Source of the DNA: a bacterium
GTDB lineage: Bacteria > Hydrothermota > 32-111
DNA length: 50,089 nt
Reading direction: 5' to 3'
Assembly: GCA_050239825.1 (NCBI GenBank)
Contig: JBFXGO010000012.1
Location: forward strand, 1-50,089
The notes under the pieces are model-generated. The model saw only the letters and a program-made list of their open reading frames with translations, was not told the DNA's origin and did no database searches. Both the position numbers and the translations under genes were made by a program. Of the stretch, positions 28,364 to 38,724 are shown one piece after another (position 1 is the stretch's first letter; every line of letters starts with the position of its first letter).

Positions 28364-31300
28364 TTGAAAAGAAGTTTGATTCTTATATCTATGTTTTTTG
28401 TAATTTGGCTGTTTTCAATGGAGATAAAGGATGCTGATAAAGATTATAGATTCTTAATGAATGCCTATAAGAGAGAGATATCGTTGAAACAGAAGAATCC
28501 AATCTACTCAAAACTGATATCTTCACCATCTAAAAGAAGCTTAATTGATTTTGAAAGAAAATTCTCAACTGATACTGTTAAAGTTCTTGTGCTTAAAGTA
28601 GAATTTTTGGAAGATACAACATCTCTGACCACAGGAAATGGAAAGATGGACCTTAGAGGCTCAATGGATTCCGAATATGAGGAGGACACTCTGTTTGACG
28701 GGGAAGATACTATCATTGACACTGTGCGGAATCTTTATTTTCAGCCTCCGCACGATTCTCTCTATTTTTTCCATCAGATGGAGGCTCTGCAAAATTACTT
28801 CCTTGACGATTCTCACGGCAAGCTGTTTGTTGATTTTTCAATATTTCCCAAATCCCTTCATGAATGCTATACTGTTAACCACACGATGGTTTACTACGGG
28901 GACACCACAAATTATGTTCTCGGTCTTTTCTCACTCTTCAGAGATGCTCTCCTTGAAGCTGAAATAAAAGGCGGAATTGATTTCCAACAATTTGATGCTG
29001 TCATTGTTTTCCATGCCGGAAGCATGTGGCAGACAGATTACAATTATGATTCTCCATTTGACCTGCCGGCAGTCTATGTGCAGGGGGCTGATTATGTCTT
29101 CGGCCAACCGATAACCGTTGGAGGAAAATCATTTAATGATGCAGTGATATATTCGGAGACCGCCAATCAGGACGGCGGTTATGCTTTCATTCAGGGCGGG
29201 CTTGTACATGAATTCGCACATCAGCTTGGCATATATGACCTTTATGATACATCCGGTAGAAGGATGGGCATGGGCGGTTGGGCTCTGCAGGGAACAGGGA
29301 ACTGGAATCTGAATGGTCTGGTGCCTCCTCATCAGGGTTCATACAATGCCGGAGCGAAATTCAACGCAAATCCAAATTCCGATTATTCAAACTGGATATA
29401 TTTCAACCAGACGATCACGATTGACAGAGACACCACCCGGCTTAAAATAAAGTATCTCGGCGCCAATGAGGATTCAAGCGCAAAAATCTTTAGGATACCG
29501 ATTAATTCACACGAATGGTATCATATAGAGAATAGGTTTGCTTATATGAATCCCGACACCCTCTCCGACAGACCCGATTCCAACGGATTCAGAGTGTGGA
29601 AAGATGGTGTTCTCGTGAAGGTGGATGATTATGACATGTCGCTTCCATGTCCGATTGACTCCGGAGGTCTTGCGATATACCACATTGATGAAACCATCAT
29701 ACTCGCCGATTCCGGCTATAACATGATAAATGGAGGAGATATTCTCGGAATAGATATGGAAGAGGCGGACATGGTTCAGGATTTTGAGCTTGATTTCTAT
29801 GATGTTTATGATATTGAAAAGGCATTTTACGGCTCCTATCAGGACCTCTTCTTTGAGGGAGGAGTCAATGACAGATTCACGCCGAAGACAAATCCCAATA
29901 CTACTGCAAATAACAGAGGCAATTCTCATGTCTATATTTATGATGTATCCCGTTCGGATACTCTGATGACTTTCTCCGTGCTTTATGATTTCAGAGTCAA
30001 AGGGTTTCCGTTCGCTCTTAAAACCGCATCCGATGTCGGATCTCCGAAAGTAACAGAAATAGACGGAAAAAAAGTGATATTCTTTCAAACAATGGCAGGC
30101 GAGATATATGCAATCGGAGCTGACGGAAAGGGCGCATTCAATGAGAGCGGTATAGTGGGAACATTCAACTCATCGGAGGAATCCTACTCCACTCCTGCTT
30201 TCGGCTCAGTTCGCGCTTTAAGCTCAAAGGAGATGGCATTGACATCCTATGCCGGAGATGTTCATGTCCTGAGAACAGACACTCTAAACTCGAGGCAGGT
30301 CTTTATTGAAGTCAAGGGTTCTCCCATAACATCCAATTTCGGATATGTCGCTTCAGCCACAATGGCAGACATAGACAATGATTCGCTTGACGAGATACTT
30401 GTATGCGGCGAAGATATGTACCTGAAAATAATCGACTGGGTTGATGACAGTCTGATTGTCTCAGATTCGGCTTATCTTTATGCGGGTTCCTGGTCGCAAC
30501 CGATAATCCTTGATGACAGAATCATCACCCTCGCGTTTGACGGAGTTATAAGAGGATTTGATTTTGATTTAAATGAGTTATTCAGTTCAAAAACAGAGAA
30601 TGTGCTCTACACGATGTCATCTCCGGTGGCAGTTGACATTGATGCGGATTCTGTGGTGGAAATAATTTTTGTCAGGGGCGACGGAAATCTCTATTCTGTA
30701 TCATCAGAGACCGGAGAGATTGAATTCCGCAGGGAGATGCCCTACTATCCGTTCTATACATCTCCTGTTGTTTCAGACATTGACAATAACGGAGAGTTCG
30801 AAATAAGTCTGCTTCTTTACGGTAAGCTCTTTCTTTTTGATTATAACGGCAACATCATCAACAATTACCCCGTCAACCTGAGGGATTCAACAGACATACA
30901 GGCTACTCCCATTATAGTTGATTTGAATGACGATAATGTAAACGACATTCTTATTCATACTGACAACGGACTGCTGGAGGGATTTTCGGATAAAACGATA
31001 TCGGGATTTCCCATAGCAACGGGACAGCAGTCAAACTCCACTCCGATAGTGTGCGACCTTGACAATGACTCATTTGTTGACATAGTGGCAGTCTCCGATT
31101 ATCAGCTGATTGCCTTTGAGCTTGATTCAAGACTAAATAGCCGTATTTGGCCGAGTCAGCATTATAATGAGAAGAACAACAGATACTATCCTTATATTTC
31201 TTCAATAGAGAGAGGAACTGCCCTGATAATACCGGATGAGAACACATATATCTATCCGAATCCGGCATTGGATTATTTTATAATAAGATTCAACACCGAT

Positions 31301-31504
31301 ACTGGGAAGAGATACTCATACTCCATATTTGATCAGGCGGGGACAAAAAAGATGGAATCTGATTCTTATTTGTGCGTTTCTGGCGTAAATGAAAAGAGAG
31401 TCGGGGTGAATGAACTTGGAGCGGGATTCTATATACTGAGACTTCTTGTTGAAAATGATGTCGAGAAACGGGTAAAAATGTTCTACTTCACCGTGAGGAA
31501 ATAA
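28364..31504 (+). CDS. Secreted M6-family (immune inhibitor A-like) metalloprotease with FG-GAP repeats and CTD
   Basis: VFHAG, HEFAHQLGIYDLY, YHIENR; DIDND repeats; IYPNPA...GFYILRL. Confidence 0.85.
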   Translation: MKRSLILISMFFVIWLFSMEIKDADKDYRFLMNAYKREISLKQKNPIYSKLISSPSKRSLIDFERKFSTDTVKVLVLKVEFLEDTTSLTTGNGKMDLRGSMDSEYEEDTLFDGEDTIIDTVRNLYFQPPHDSLYFFHQMEALQNYFLDDSHGKLFVDFSIFPKSLHECYTVNHTMVYYGDTTNYVLGLFSLFRDALLEAEIKGGIDFQQFDAVIVFHAGSMWQTDYNYDSPFDLPAVYVQGADYVFGQPITVGGKSFNDAVIYSETANQDGGYAFIQGGLVHEFAHQLGIYDLYDTSGRRMGMGGWALQGTGNWNLNGLVPPHQGSYNAGAKFNANPNSDYSNWIYFNQTITIDRDTTRLKIKYLGANEDSSAKIFRIPINSHEWYHIENRFAYMNPDTLSDRPDSNGFRVWKDGVLVKVDDYDMSLPCPIDSGGLAIYHIDETIILADSGYNMINGGDILGIDMEEADMVQDFELDFYDVYDIEKAFYGSYQDLFFEGGVNDRFTPKTNPNTTANNRGNSHVYIYDVSRSDTLMTFSVLYDFRVKGFPFALKTASDVGSPKVTEIDGKKVIFFQTMAGEIYAIGADGKGAFNESGIVGTFNSSEESYSTPAFGSVRALSSKEMALTSYAGDVHVLRTDTLNSRQVFIEVKGSPITSNFGYVASATMADIDNDSLDEILVCGEDMYLKIIDWVDDSLIVSDSAYLYAGSWSQPIILDDRIITLAFDGVIRGFDFDLNELFSSKTENVLYTMSSPVAVDIDADSVVEIIFVRGDGNLYSVSSETGEIEFRREMPYYPFYTSPVVSDIDNNGEFEISLLLYGKLFLFDYNGNIINNYPVNLRDSTDIQATPIIVDLNDDNVNDILIHTDNGLLEGFSDKTISGFPIATGQQSNSTPIVCDLDNDSFVDIVAVSDYQLIAFELDSRLNSRIWPSQHYNEKNNRYYPYISSIERGTALIIPDENTYIYPNPALDYFIIRFNTDTGKRYSYSIFDQAGTKKMESDSYLCVSGVNEKRVGVNELGAGFYILRLLVENDVEKRVKMFYFTVRK

Positions 31505-32151
31505 TGAAAAAGCTTATTGTAATGTTGAGCGTTGTGCTCTTTCTCTCTTCGTACGGATTTGAAATCTCTCCCGAGCTTCTTGAAACAGGGAAGTCTGCTC
31601 TATTTCCAGGGTGGGGCTTTATTAAAATACAAGAGAACAAAACGGCAAAAGCTTTCATGGCTTCCGAGGGCGCGTTTGCCGCCGTCACTCTCTCTTTGTT
31701 TTTGAAATCGCATCAGGAGAGCGAAAATGCCGTTGATATGGCATCATACTCACTCACAAAGGATGTCTCTTCATATCCTGAGTTTGCCCTTCTTAAGATG
31801 GAATCATTTATTTCATCGGACGAGTACAACTCAACTCTTCTTCCGAAAGCCCGCGAACTTTATCCGAAAAGCATTGAAAAGCAGATAGAGTATGTTGAAG
31901 CCAAATCAATTCCGGATTCTCTGTCATGGGAATTTGACAGTATTGAAGAGATGCGCTCCTATGCTTCCGGAAGAGCTGATGCAAGAAGGTTCAGGCAGTT
32001 TGCATTTTATTCAATTTCCGCCCTTGTTGTCAATCATGCCGCTTCGGCAATATACACATATTTCAAAGCATCAGATTTCTTCAAACTCGTTGAATTCAAC
32101 GGAGGATTTGGATTAAACAAAATTAATTTCAACTTCGGGATAAGATTTTGA
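31504..32151 (+). CDS. Exported/outer-membrane hypothetical protein (DUF5683-like)
   Basis: Signal peptide, SALFPGWG motif, C-terminal Phe. Confidence 0.55.
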   Translation: MKKLIVMLSVVLFLSSYGFEISPELLETGKSALFPGWGFIKIQENKTAKAFMASEGAFAAVTLSLFLKSHQESENAVDMASYSLTKDVSSYPEFALLKMESFISSDEYNSTLLPKARELYPKSIEKQIEYVEAKSIPDSLSWEFDSIEEMRSYASGRADARRFRQFAFYSISALVVNHAASAIYTYFKASDFFKLVEFNGGFGLNKINFNFGIRF

Positions 32152-32636
32152 TAAAGAAAATCCTAAACTATATTTCAATATCAGTTTATGAAACTCTGAA
32201 ATTTTTCGGAGTATTCAAATATATAAATATGATGATTGACTTTTCTAAGGTTGATAAGAAGAAGCTTCTTTTGGAGTATATCAAACAGCATAAACTCCTT
32301 GTGCTGATTTTTTTGTCTTCAATATTGTTCATATATCTTTCATTCAGATTCGGAATAAACAAGCCTATTACCGCTCTTATAGTGATTATGTTCGGAGTCT
32401 TCTCACAATTGTTTGCGGAGATGCTTGCTCTGGTCTCACTCATACCCATCGTCGGTCCTATAATAGTCAAGGTGATATCGATACCTATAATAATATTGAT
32501 GAACGGAATAGGATACATTGTCACATTCTTCGCATTCAAGAAAGGCTACAAAATGGAGGTTGCGAGGTCAAAACTCTTTACAACGGCATTGCTCATCGGA
32601 GTAATGCTGGGATACCTTTTAGGAAAGATACTATGA
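32148..32636 (+). CDS. Hypothetical membrane protein
   Basis: Several hydrophobic helices; TTGA-coupled start. Confidence 0.7.
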   Translation: MIKKILNYISISVYETLKFFGVFKYINMMIDFSKVDKKKLLLEYIKQHKLLVLIFLSSILFIYLSFRFGINKPITALIVIMFGVFSQLFAEMLALVSLIPIVGPIIVKVISIPIIILMNGIGYIVTFFAFKKGYKMEVARSKLFTTALLIGVMLGYLLGKIL

Positions 32637-35452
32637 AAAAATTGATTTTTGCAGTTCTTCTCTGTGTATTCATTTCTGCATATTCACAAACAACTTACTT
32701 TGGAAAAAACAAGGTGCAGTATACTAGTTTCGGTTGGAGAGTTGAGAAGACGGATAAGTTTGATATTTACTATTATCCCGGAGGAGAGGAGGTCGCCTCT
32801 TTCGTCTCTCTTGTCGCCGAATCTTCAATGGCGGAGCTGGAAACCGCATTCAATTACAAGTTAAAGAGACGAGTGCCGATAATATTGTACAATTCCCACA
32901 AGGACTTTGAAGAGACGAATGTCACCACAGAAATATTGGAGGAACTAATCGGCGGATTCACGGAATCACTGAAAAACAGAGTGGTTATTCCATTTACCGG
33001 TTCCTATGAAGACCTCAGGCATGTAGTAAATCACGAACTTGTCCATGCAATGCAGTTTGAATATTTGTATGGAAAGGGAGGCACCGGCGCTATTGTGAGC
33101 TCCATAACATACGATGTCCCTCTTTGGTTTATTGAAGGAAGCGCTGAATACTTTTCAAGAGTCTGGGACAAAGAGACTGATATGTATATGAGAGATGCCG
33201 TGGTCAATGACACTCTCATTGACCTTGTAACTCTCGGTTATTACTCCGGCGGATTTTTTCTCTACAAAGCAGGCGAGTCGGTTCTGAAATTTATTGCCGA
33301 TAAATACGGCAGAGAGAAGATAGGCGAAATTTACTTTTCATTGAAAACGACAAGATCCCTGGATGAAACATTTGAAAAACTTCTGGGGAAGAAGACTGAG
33401 GAGCTTGATAATGAATGGAAGCTTTATCTCAAAAAGAGATACTTTCCGCTCATCAAGAACAAGGATGTGCTTGTCGAAAACTCAAAATCCCTTCTCGGAA
33501 GCTTTATGGAGACATCTCCATACAATATCTCTCCCTCTGTTTCTCCGGACGGGAATTATTATGCCTTTATATCCGAAAAGTACGGATACTTTGACATATA
33601 TGTCTCTTCAATATTCAATCCGGATAGAAAGGAGAAGGTTCTCCCGCGCACATTTGTGAGGCATTTTGAGAGCTTTCATCTGGACTATGGAAATCTCAAT
33701 TGGTCAAGAGATAGCAGATGCCTTGTGTTTTCTGCAAGAAACAATGAGGCGGAAAAGATAATTGTTTATGATGTGAGAAAAAAGAAGACAGTCAAAAGCG
33801 TAAGCATTAAGGCTGACGGAGTCTTTTCTCCGGCTGTTGATTCAAAAACAGAAAAGGTTGTTTATGTCAAAATGAACAACGGAAGAAATGACATCGCGGT
33901 GTATGATTTTGCACAGAAGAAAGAAATTCTTCTTACCAATGATATATTTGACGACAGGAGTCCGTTCTTTTTAAATGATTCTACAATAATATTCTCAAGC
34001 GATATGGGAGAGGAGAGTCTCTGGATATACGGATCATACTCTATCTATCTGATGAATATAAACTCGAGGGAAAAGACAAAGATTGAATTGGATGTCAATG
34101 CGAGCATCGACCGATTCTCTCTTGTCAATGATTCTATGGTTGTATTTGCATCTTACATCGGCGACATTTCAAATGTCTTCCAGCTCAACATCGAGACCGG
34201 CAGAGTTCAACAGCTGACGGATGTCATAACCGGCTGCTTCAATCCTTCAATGTCTTCAGACATGTCAAAGCTGGTATTTTCATTTTTCTCTCAGATGCAG
34301 ATGGATGTAATGATTCTGAACAACCCATCCGACAACAGACAGGAGATTGACCTGACTTATGAGTATGATGATTACATAAGGAAATATAATCAGTATGATT
34401 TTAAACCCGTCAATCCCCAAAAGCCGCCATTTAACTTTTCCGTTGACTGGGCGGCCGGTGCTTTCTCCTATACTCCCGGTTACGGTTTTGTCGGACTTCT
34501 TGATGTCGGAGTAAGCGATATGATGGGTGATAACTGGTTTTTCCTTCAGATGGAAAAACTTTCGTTTTCGGGAAGCGGATACATATCCTGCGAGTATTGG
34601 TTCCTGAAAAACAGAATGGACATTGCGCTTCTGTTTCTAAATCAGGAACAGGAGCAGTTTCTCACATATTATTATTCCCTCTCTTATATCTATAACGGCG
34701 GAGGTATTCTTCTGCGCTGGCCATTTGACAGGTACAAGAGAATCGACCTGCAGACTTCGCTGTACAAGTATGATGTGAATGAAAACATCTATTATACGGA
34801 CGGCACTGTGACCGACAATCTCTACACATCGGTAAGAAGTTCTCATGTTCTCTCATTCGTCTATGACAACAGCATATGGGGATACTTCGGACCTGTCAAC
34901 GGAGATGTCGCAAGGGTGGATTTAGGCTATGAAATTGACTATGACCCTAAGGACTCACTCGGAAATTTCAGAGGAGGGTACCTGTCAGCTGATGTGCGCA
35001 AGTATTTCATAATCACTCCCAGAAGTCAATTTGCAATCAGAGCTTCCGGAACAACTTCTTTCGGCAGGGAGAGGATGTACTCTTTCATAGGCGGTTCATC
35101 CTCACTCAGAGGTTATAATGATTACGAATTCTACGGTATAAACACTGCATTTGTAAATATGGAGCTTAGGTTTCCCCTGATAGATAAAATTCAATTCCCC
35201 ATTTATGATTTTTCGTTCATGAATATCAGGGGGGTTGTTTTTTCAGATCTCGGCATTGCCAAAGATGATATATCGGATTTAAGGCTCATAACATCGGATC
35301 TCCTTCTCGATGACCTAAAGTGCGGCATTGGAGCAGGATTAAGAATGGATATATGGATAACATTATTAAAGATGGACATTGCAAAACACACGGACATGAT
35401 GGTGCTTTCGCCCGAAACATACTATCACATCTCATTCGGCGCGGAATTCTGA
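32633..35452 (+). CDS. Zincin (peptidase MA-like)-TolB/PD40 propeller-Omp85 barrel fusion protein
   Basis: FGKNKVQY, HELVH...PLWFIEG, SPDG repeats, LRGY motif, C-terminal GAEF. Confidence 0.82.
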   Translation: MKKLIFAVLLCVFISAYSQTTYFGKNKVQYTSFGWRVEKTDKFDIYYYPGGEEVASFVSLVAESSMAELETAFNYKLKRRVPIILYNSHKDFEETNVTTEILEELIGGFTESLKNRVVIPFTGSYEDLRHVVNHELVHAMQFEYLYGKGGTGAIVSSITYDVPLWFIEGSAEYFSRVWDKETDMYMRDAVVNDTLIDLVTLGYYSGGFFLYKAGESVLKFIADKYGREKIGEIYFSLKTTRSLDETFEKLLGKKTEELDNEWKLYLKKRYFPLIKNKDVLVENSKSLLGSFMETSPYNISPSVSPDGNYYAFISEKYGYFDIYVSSIFNPDRKEKVLPRTFVRHFESFHLDYGNLNWSRDSRCLVFSARNNEAEKIIVYDVRKKKTVKSVSIKADGVFSPAVDSKTEKVVYVKMNNGRNDIAVYDFAQKKEILLTNDIFDDRSPFFLNDSTIIFSSDMGEESLWIYGSYSIYLMNINSREKTKIELDVNASIDRFSLVNDSMVVFASYIGDISNVFQLNIETGRVQQLTDVITGCFNPSMSSDMSKLVFSFFSQMQMDVMILNNPSDNRQEIDLTYEYDDYIRKYNQYDFKPVNPQKPPFNFSVDWAAGAFSYTPGYGFVGLLDVGVSDMMGDNWFFLQMEKLSFSGSGYISCEYWFLKNRMDIALLFLNQEQEQFLTYYYSLSYIYNGGGILLRWPFDRYKRIDLQTSLYKYDVNENIYYTDGTVTDNLYTSVRSSHVLSFVYDNSIWGYFGPVNGDVARVDLGYEIDYDPKDSLGNFRGGYLSADVRKYFIITPRSQFAIRASGTTSFGRERMYSFIGGSSSLRGYNDYEFYGINTAFVNMELRFPLIDKIQFPIYDFSFMNIRGVVFSDLGIAKDDISDLRLITSDLLLDDLKCGIGAGLRMDIWITLLKMDIAKHTDMMVLSPETYYHISFGAEF

Positions 35453-38400
35453 TTTTACTTGCAGTCAATCTGTGCGCTTTTGAATTTTCGACGGAACCTG
35501 TTCTTAGAGAGAAGGACGGATTTCTCTCTTTTGTGACCGACCTTGAAAGGTCCGATGCTTTGGCAGGCAGTCCGGATATTCCTGTAATCAGGATTATCAA
35601 TGCCGATATCAGTAGTGTTAAAGTTTCTCTTATCAGTGAAGAGACTCTCAAGCTCGACAAGAAATTATATCCAAGGCAATTACCTGTAAGGAAAGAAAAC
35701 GCAGATTTTACAATATCTTTCGACAGAGCATCATACAGTTCAAACTCAATGATTTATAAGGATGTTTTCAAAATCAAGAATAACAACACTGTGGAAATTT
35801 ATCCTTATGATTATATCCCTACGGCAGACCTCCTTATAATACGCAAAATAGAATATTCATACTCTTTGGCAATGAAAAAATCATCAGGCAATAAAACAGT
35901 AGCTATCTATGATGATATTTTTTCTCTCTATACTGATTCTTTAAGAGATTATTATCTTCAAAGAGGATTTTTGTTTGAATCATTTCCTCTTTCAATTTGC
36001 GGTTCAACTAATACCGAAATAGACAATTTCATAGAAAATGAATATGCAGGGGAGAGTTTTTCGCATCTTCTGCTTATAGGCAATTCATCGGCTCTGCCCT
36101 ATTTTACAGGTTCGGGCATTGATTATCCGGCGACAGACCTATACTACTCTCTTATGGACACTAATGATTATTTCCCTGATGTGATTCTTTCGCGCCTTCC
36201 GTTCAATCAGCCGTCGGAGCTCTCCGATTATCTTTTTAAGGTTAAAACAGAGTATGCCGGGGGAAAGCCTGATTACGCAGATAAGGTGTATTTCATTGCT
36301 TCAAATGACGGTTATTATCACACACTTGTAGAATCCACACATGCGTATTCAATGGGCAGGTTGAGAGGTCTTGGATATGAGTGCGATTCTCTCTTCGGCT
36401 ACTACTCAACCGGAATGCCTATCGATAAGGCGGTTGAAGAGGGGAGGGAGATTGCCGTATACTCAGGCCACGGAGCGGCCTTTTACTGGGTAGGCCCCTC
36501 CTTTGACTCTGATGATATTGAGAGTCTTGATAATTATGCCCTCTATCCTTCAATAGTCTCATTTGCCTGTCTCACGGGCAACTATTCCTATAATGATTTC
36601 TTCGGCTACTTCTGGCTGAAAAACAGTCTAAACGGCGCAACCTCTTTTATAGGCTCCTCCCAGTACACATATTGGGAAGAGGATGACTTTTTACAGAGGG
36701 CGTTTATTGACTCTCTTTCAGCATCTTCATCTATCATAGAAGCAATGAATAAAGCAAAAATAAATTTTTATAAAGAGTATGGTGATGTTTCAATGACCAG
36801 AGGATATTTTGAAAGATACAACTATTTTTCACTTCCTGAAATTTATGCCGGAAGCAAAAATATTTCATCGTATGTTTTTGCCTGCGACAAGTATCAACCT
36901 TCATCTTCGGGGATGATTGAAGCCAGTGCATCATTTAACGGGGAACTTGATGAGAGCGGATTTACAGGAGTATTCTTTGAAGGTGTATTGGGAGATTCTG
37001 TCTATTTCAACAATTCAGCAAATGTGCAGTTTGACATAGCCCCTCTGTCGGCTGTCGTTGGTGATTCTCTCCTAATCACAGATTATGTCCCCGGTCTCTT
37101 TTTTGGTCAAAGGTATGTCAAACTCATTAAAGACGGATATTTTGTGTCTCTCTCTTCATACGAACTTTCAAACTTTTCTATTGACACTTTTCATTTTGAT
37201 TTGAATTTTAAAAATTACGGTAATTCATCGTCTGACAGCTCCCATGTTATTGTCGGCGGTCTTGACGATAGTCTTTTTAATATAATCTCATCTGAAATAA
37301 GAATCGGTCCGCTGATGAGCGATTCAAGCATAACAGTGACTGATGGTCTTGTTATCGAAATTAACGGCTACTCTGATTCCGCACTCTCTCCAGTATGTTC
37401 CCTCTTTACTGTCACAGGCGGCGACACTGTGTGCGAAATAATCGAGCTGGATCTTCTAAAACCTGACTTTGAAGTTGCTTTTAATTCTGCTGTCATTGGC
37501 GAGGATACTACGAATAGCGTTGTCTTGGGGGCATATTCAAGAATTCTTCTCAGCATAACCAATCTGTCATCTTTAAAATCTAAGGACATTAAGATAAAGT
37601 TAACCTCTCCGAACATTGTGTGCGCTGACAGCATAAAAACAATAGATTCACTCTCATTCAATGAATCGATAGAGGTTTTTTATGACATATTTGCGTTTTC
37701 TTCTTCACAGCCGGTCTGCTCTCTTACAGCAGTTCTCTCCCTCGGAGGATATTCTGACACGACTCTGATTATAGTGCCGACGTCATTTAAAAATTCATCA
37801 ATGTATCTCGGTCCTATAAACGGATATTACATTTACACAAACGAAATGACTGATTTTGAAAACAGCCCTCTCTTTGAAGAGATAGATATTGATTCCCATG
37901 CTTTCAGACAACTGGAAGTAAAAGACGATACTACAATCTGCGTCAAGCTTCCTTTTGAAGTGCATTTTGCCGGTGAAAGCAGAGACTCAATATTTTTTAA
38001 CACAAACGGAATACTCTCTCTGTTTGACATTCAAAATGATGTTTATATGAGCGAACCTCTGCCGACATCGTATCTCTCTAATCCTTCGATTTTTACAGGT
38101 TGGCTTGATTACAGATGCGAATATTATGATGATGTGTTTGTGAAACCATCTGATGCAGTAAATACCGTATTTTCTTATTTTGACACTACCAACTACAGAT
38201 ATGTGATTTACTATAACAAAGTAAAGGCTGGAGAGAGTAACTATACATTTGCAGTCTCCCTTGACACTGCGGAAGTGACACTCTACTATATTGACATTCC
38301 CGATAGCAACAGCATGATAATAGGGATGCAGTTCGACTCGCAGAATTACCTTTCATTCTCTTATGACACTTCAGAAACAACCATTAAGTCAGTGCGAAAT

Positions 38401-38724
38401 AATCTTGCAGTAAAATTCTCTCCGTTTGCTCCGATTTTGAAGAATAAATTCACTCAAATGTATGAAATGAAATTTACTCTTCCGCATCTTGATTCTCCTG
38501 CTCTGATTGAAAGGAAATCGAATTTAAGAATAACATTCAACGAATCATCTTACTATGAGGTTTATTTGTATGATATCTCGGGAAGGCTGAATGAGATGCT
38601 TTACAGCGGACTTACACCAAAGTCCACTCTTTCATTCCATCCGAATATGACCGGCGGTGTCTTTTTCCTTGTAATAAAAAACAATGACCGGGTAGTTCTC
38701 ACAAAAAAATTGACGGTATTTTAA
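35320..38724 (+). CDS. C25 gingipain-like cysteine peptidase with CTD (true start uncertain, probably near 35434-35449)
   Basis: TDLYYS, SRLP, YSGHG (His), FACLTG (Cys); C-terminal LYDISGR...GVFFLVI. Confidence 0.82.
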   Translation: MRHWSRIKNGYMDNIIKDGHCKTHGHDGAFARNILSHLIRRGILILLAVNLCAFEFSTEPVLREKDGFLSFVTDLERSDALAGSPDIPVIRIINADISSVKVSLISEETLKLDKKLYPRQLPVRKENADFTISFDRASYSSNSMIYKDVFKIKNNNTVEIYPYDYIPTADLLIIRKIEYSYSLAMKKSSGNKTVAIYDDIFSLYTDSLRDYYLQRGFLFESFPLSICGSTNTEIDNFIENEYAGESFSHLLLIGNSSALPYFTGSGIDYPATDLYYSLMDTNDYFPDVILSRLPFNQPSELSDYLFKVKTEYAGGKPDYADKVYFIASNDGYYHTLVESTHAYSMGRLRGLGYECDSLFGYYSTGMPIDKAVEEGREIAVYSGHGAAFYWVGPSFDSDDIESLDNYALYPSIVSFACLTGNYSYNDFFGYFWLKNSLNGATSFIGSSQYTYWEEDDFLQRAFIDSLSASSSIIEAMNKAKINFYKEYGDVSMTRGYFERYNYFSLPEIYAGSKNISSYVFACDKYQPSSSGMIEASASFNGELDESGFTGVFFEGVLGDSVYFNNSANVQFDIAPLSAVVGDSLLITDYVPGLFFGQRYVKLIKDGYFVSLSSYELSNFSIDTFHFDLNFKNYGNSSSDSSHVIVGGLDDSLFNIISSEIRIGPLMSDSSITVTDGLVIEINGYSDSALSPVCSLFTVTGGDTVCEIIELDLLKPDFEVAFNSAVIGEDTTNSVVLGAYSRILLSITNLSSLKSKDIKIKLTSPNIVCADSIKTIDSLSFNESIEVFYDIFAFSSSQPVCSLTAVLSLGGYSDTTLIIVPTSFKNSSMYLGPINGYYIYTNEMTDFENSPLFEEIDIDSHAFRQLEVKDDTTICVKLPFEVHFAGESRDSIFFNTNGILSLFDIQNDVYMSEPLPTSYLSNPSIFTGWLDYRCEYYDDVFVKPSDAVNTVFSYFDTTNYRYVIYYNKVKAGESNYTFAVSLDTAEVTLYYIDIPDSNSMIIGMQFDSQNYLSFSYDTSETTIKSVRNNLAVKFSPFAPILKNKFTQMYEMKFTLPHLDSPALIERKSNLRITFNESSYYEVYLYDISGRLNEMLYSGLTPKSTLSFHPNMTGGVFFLVIKNNDRVVLTKKLTVF

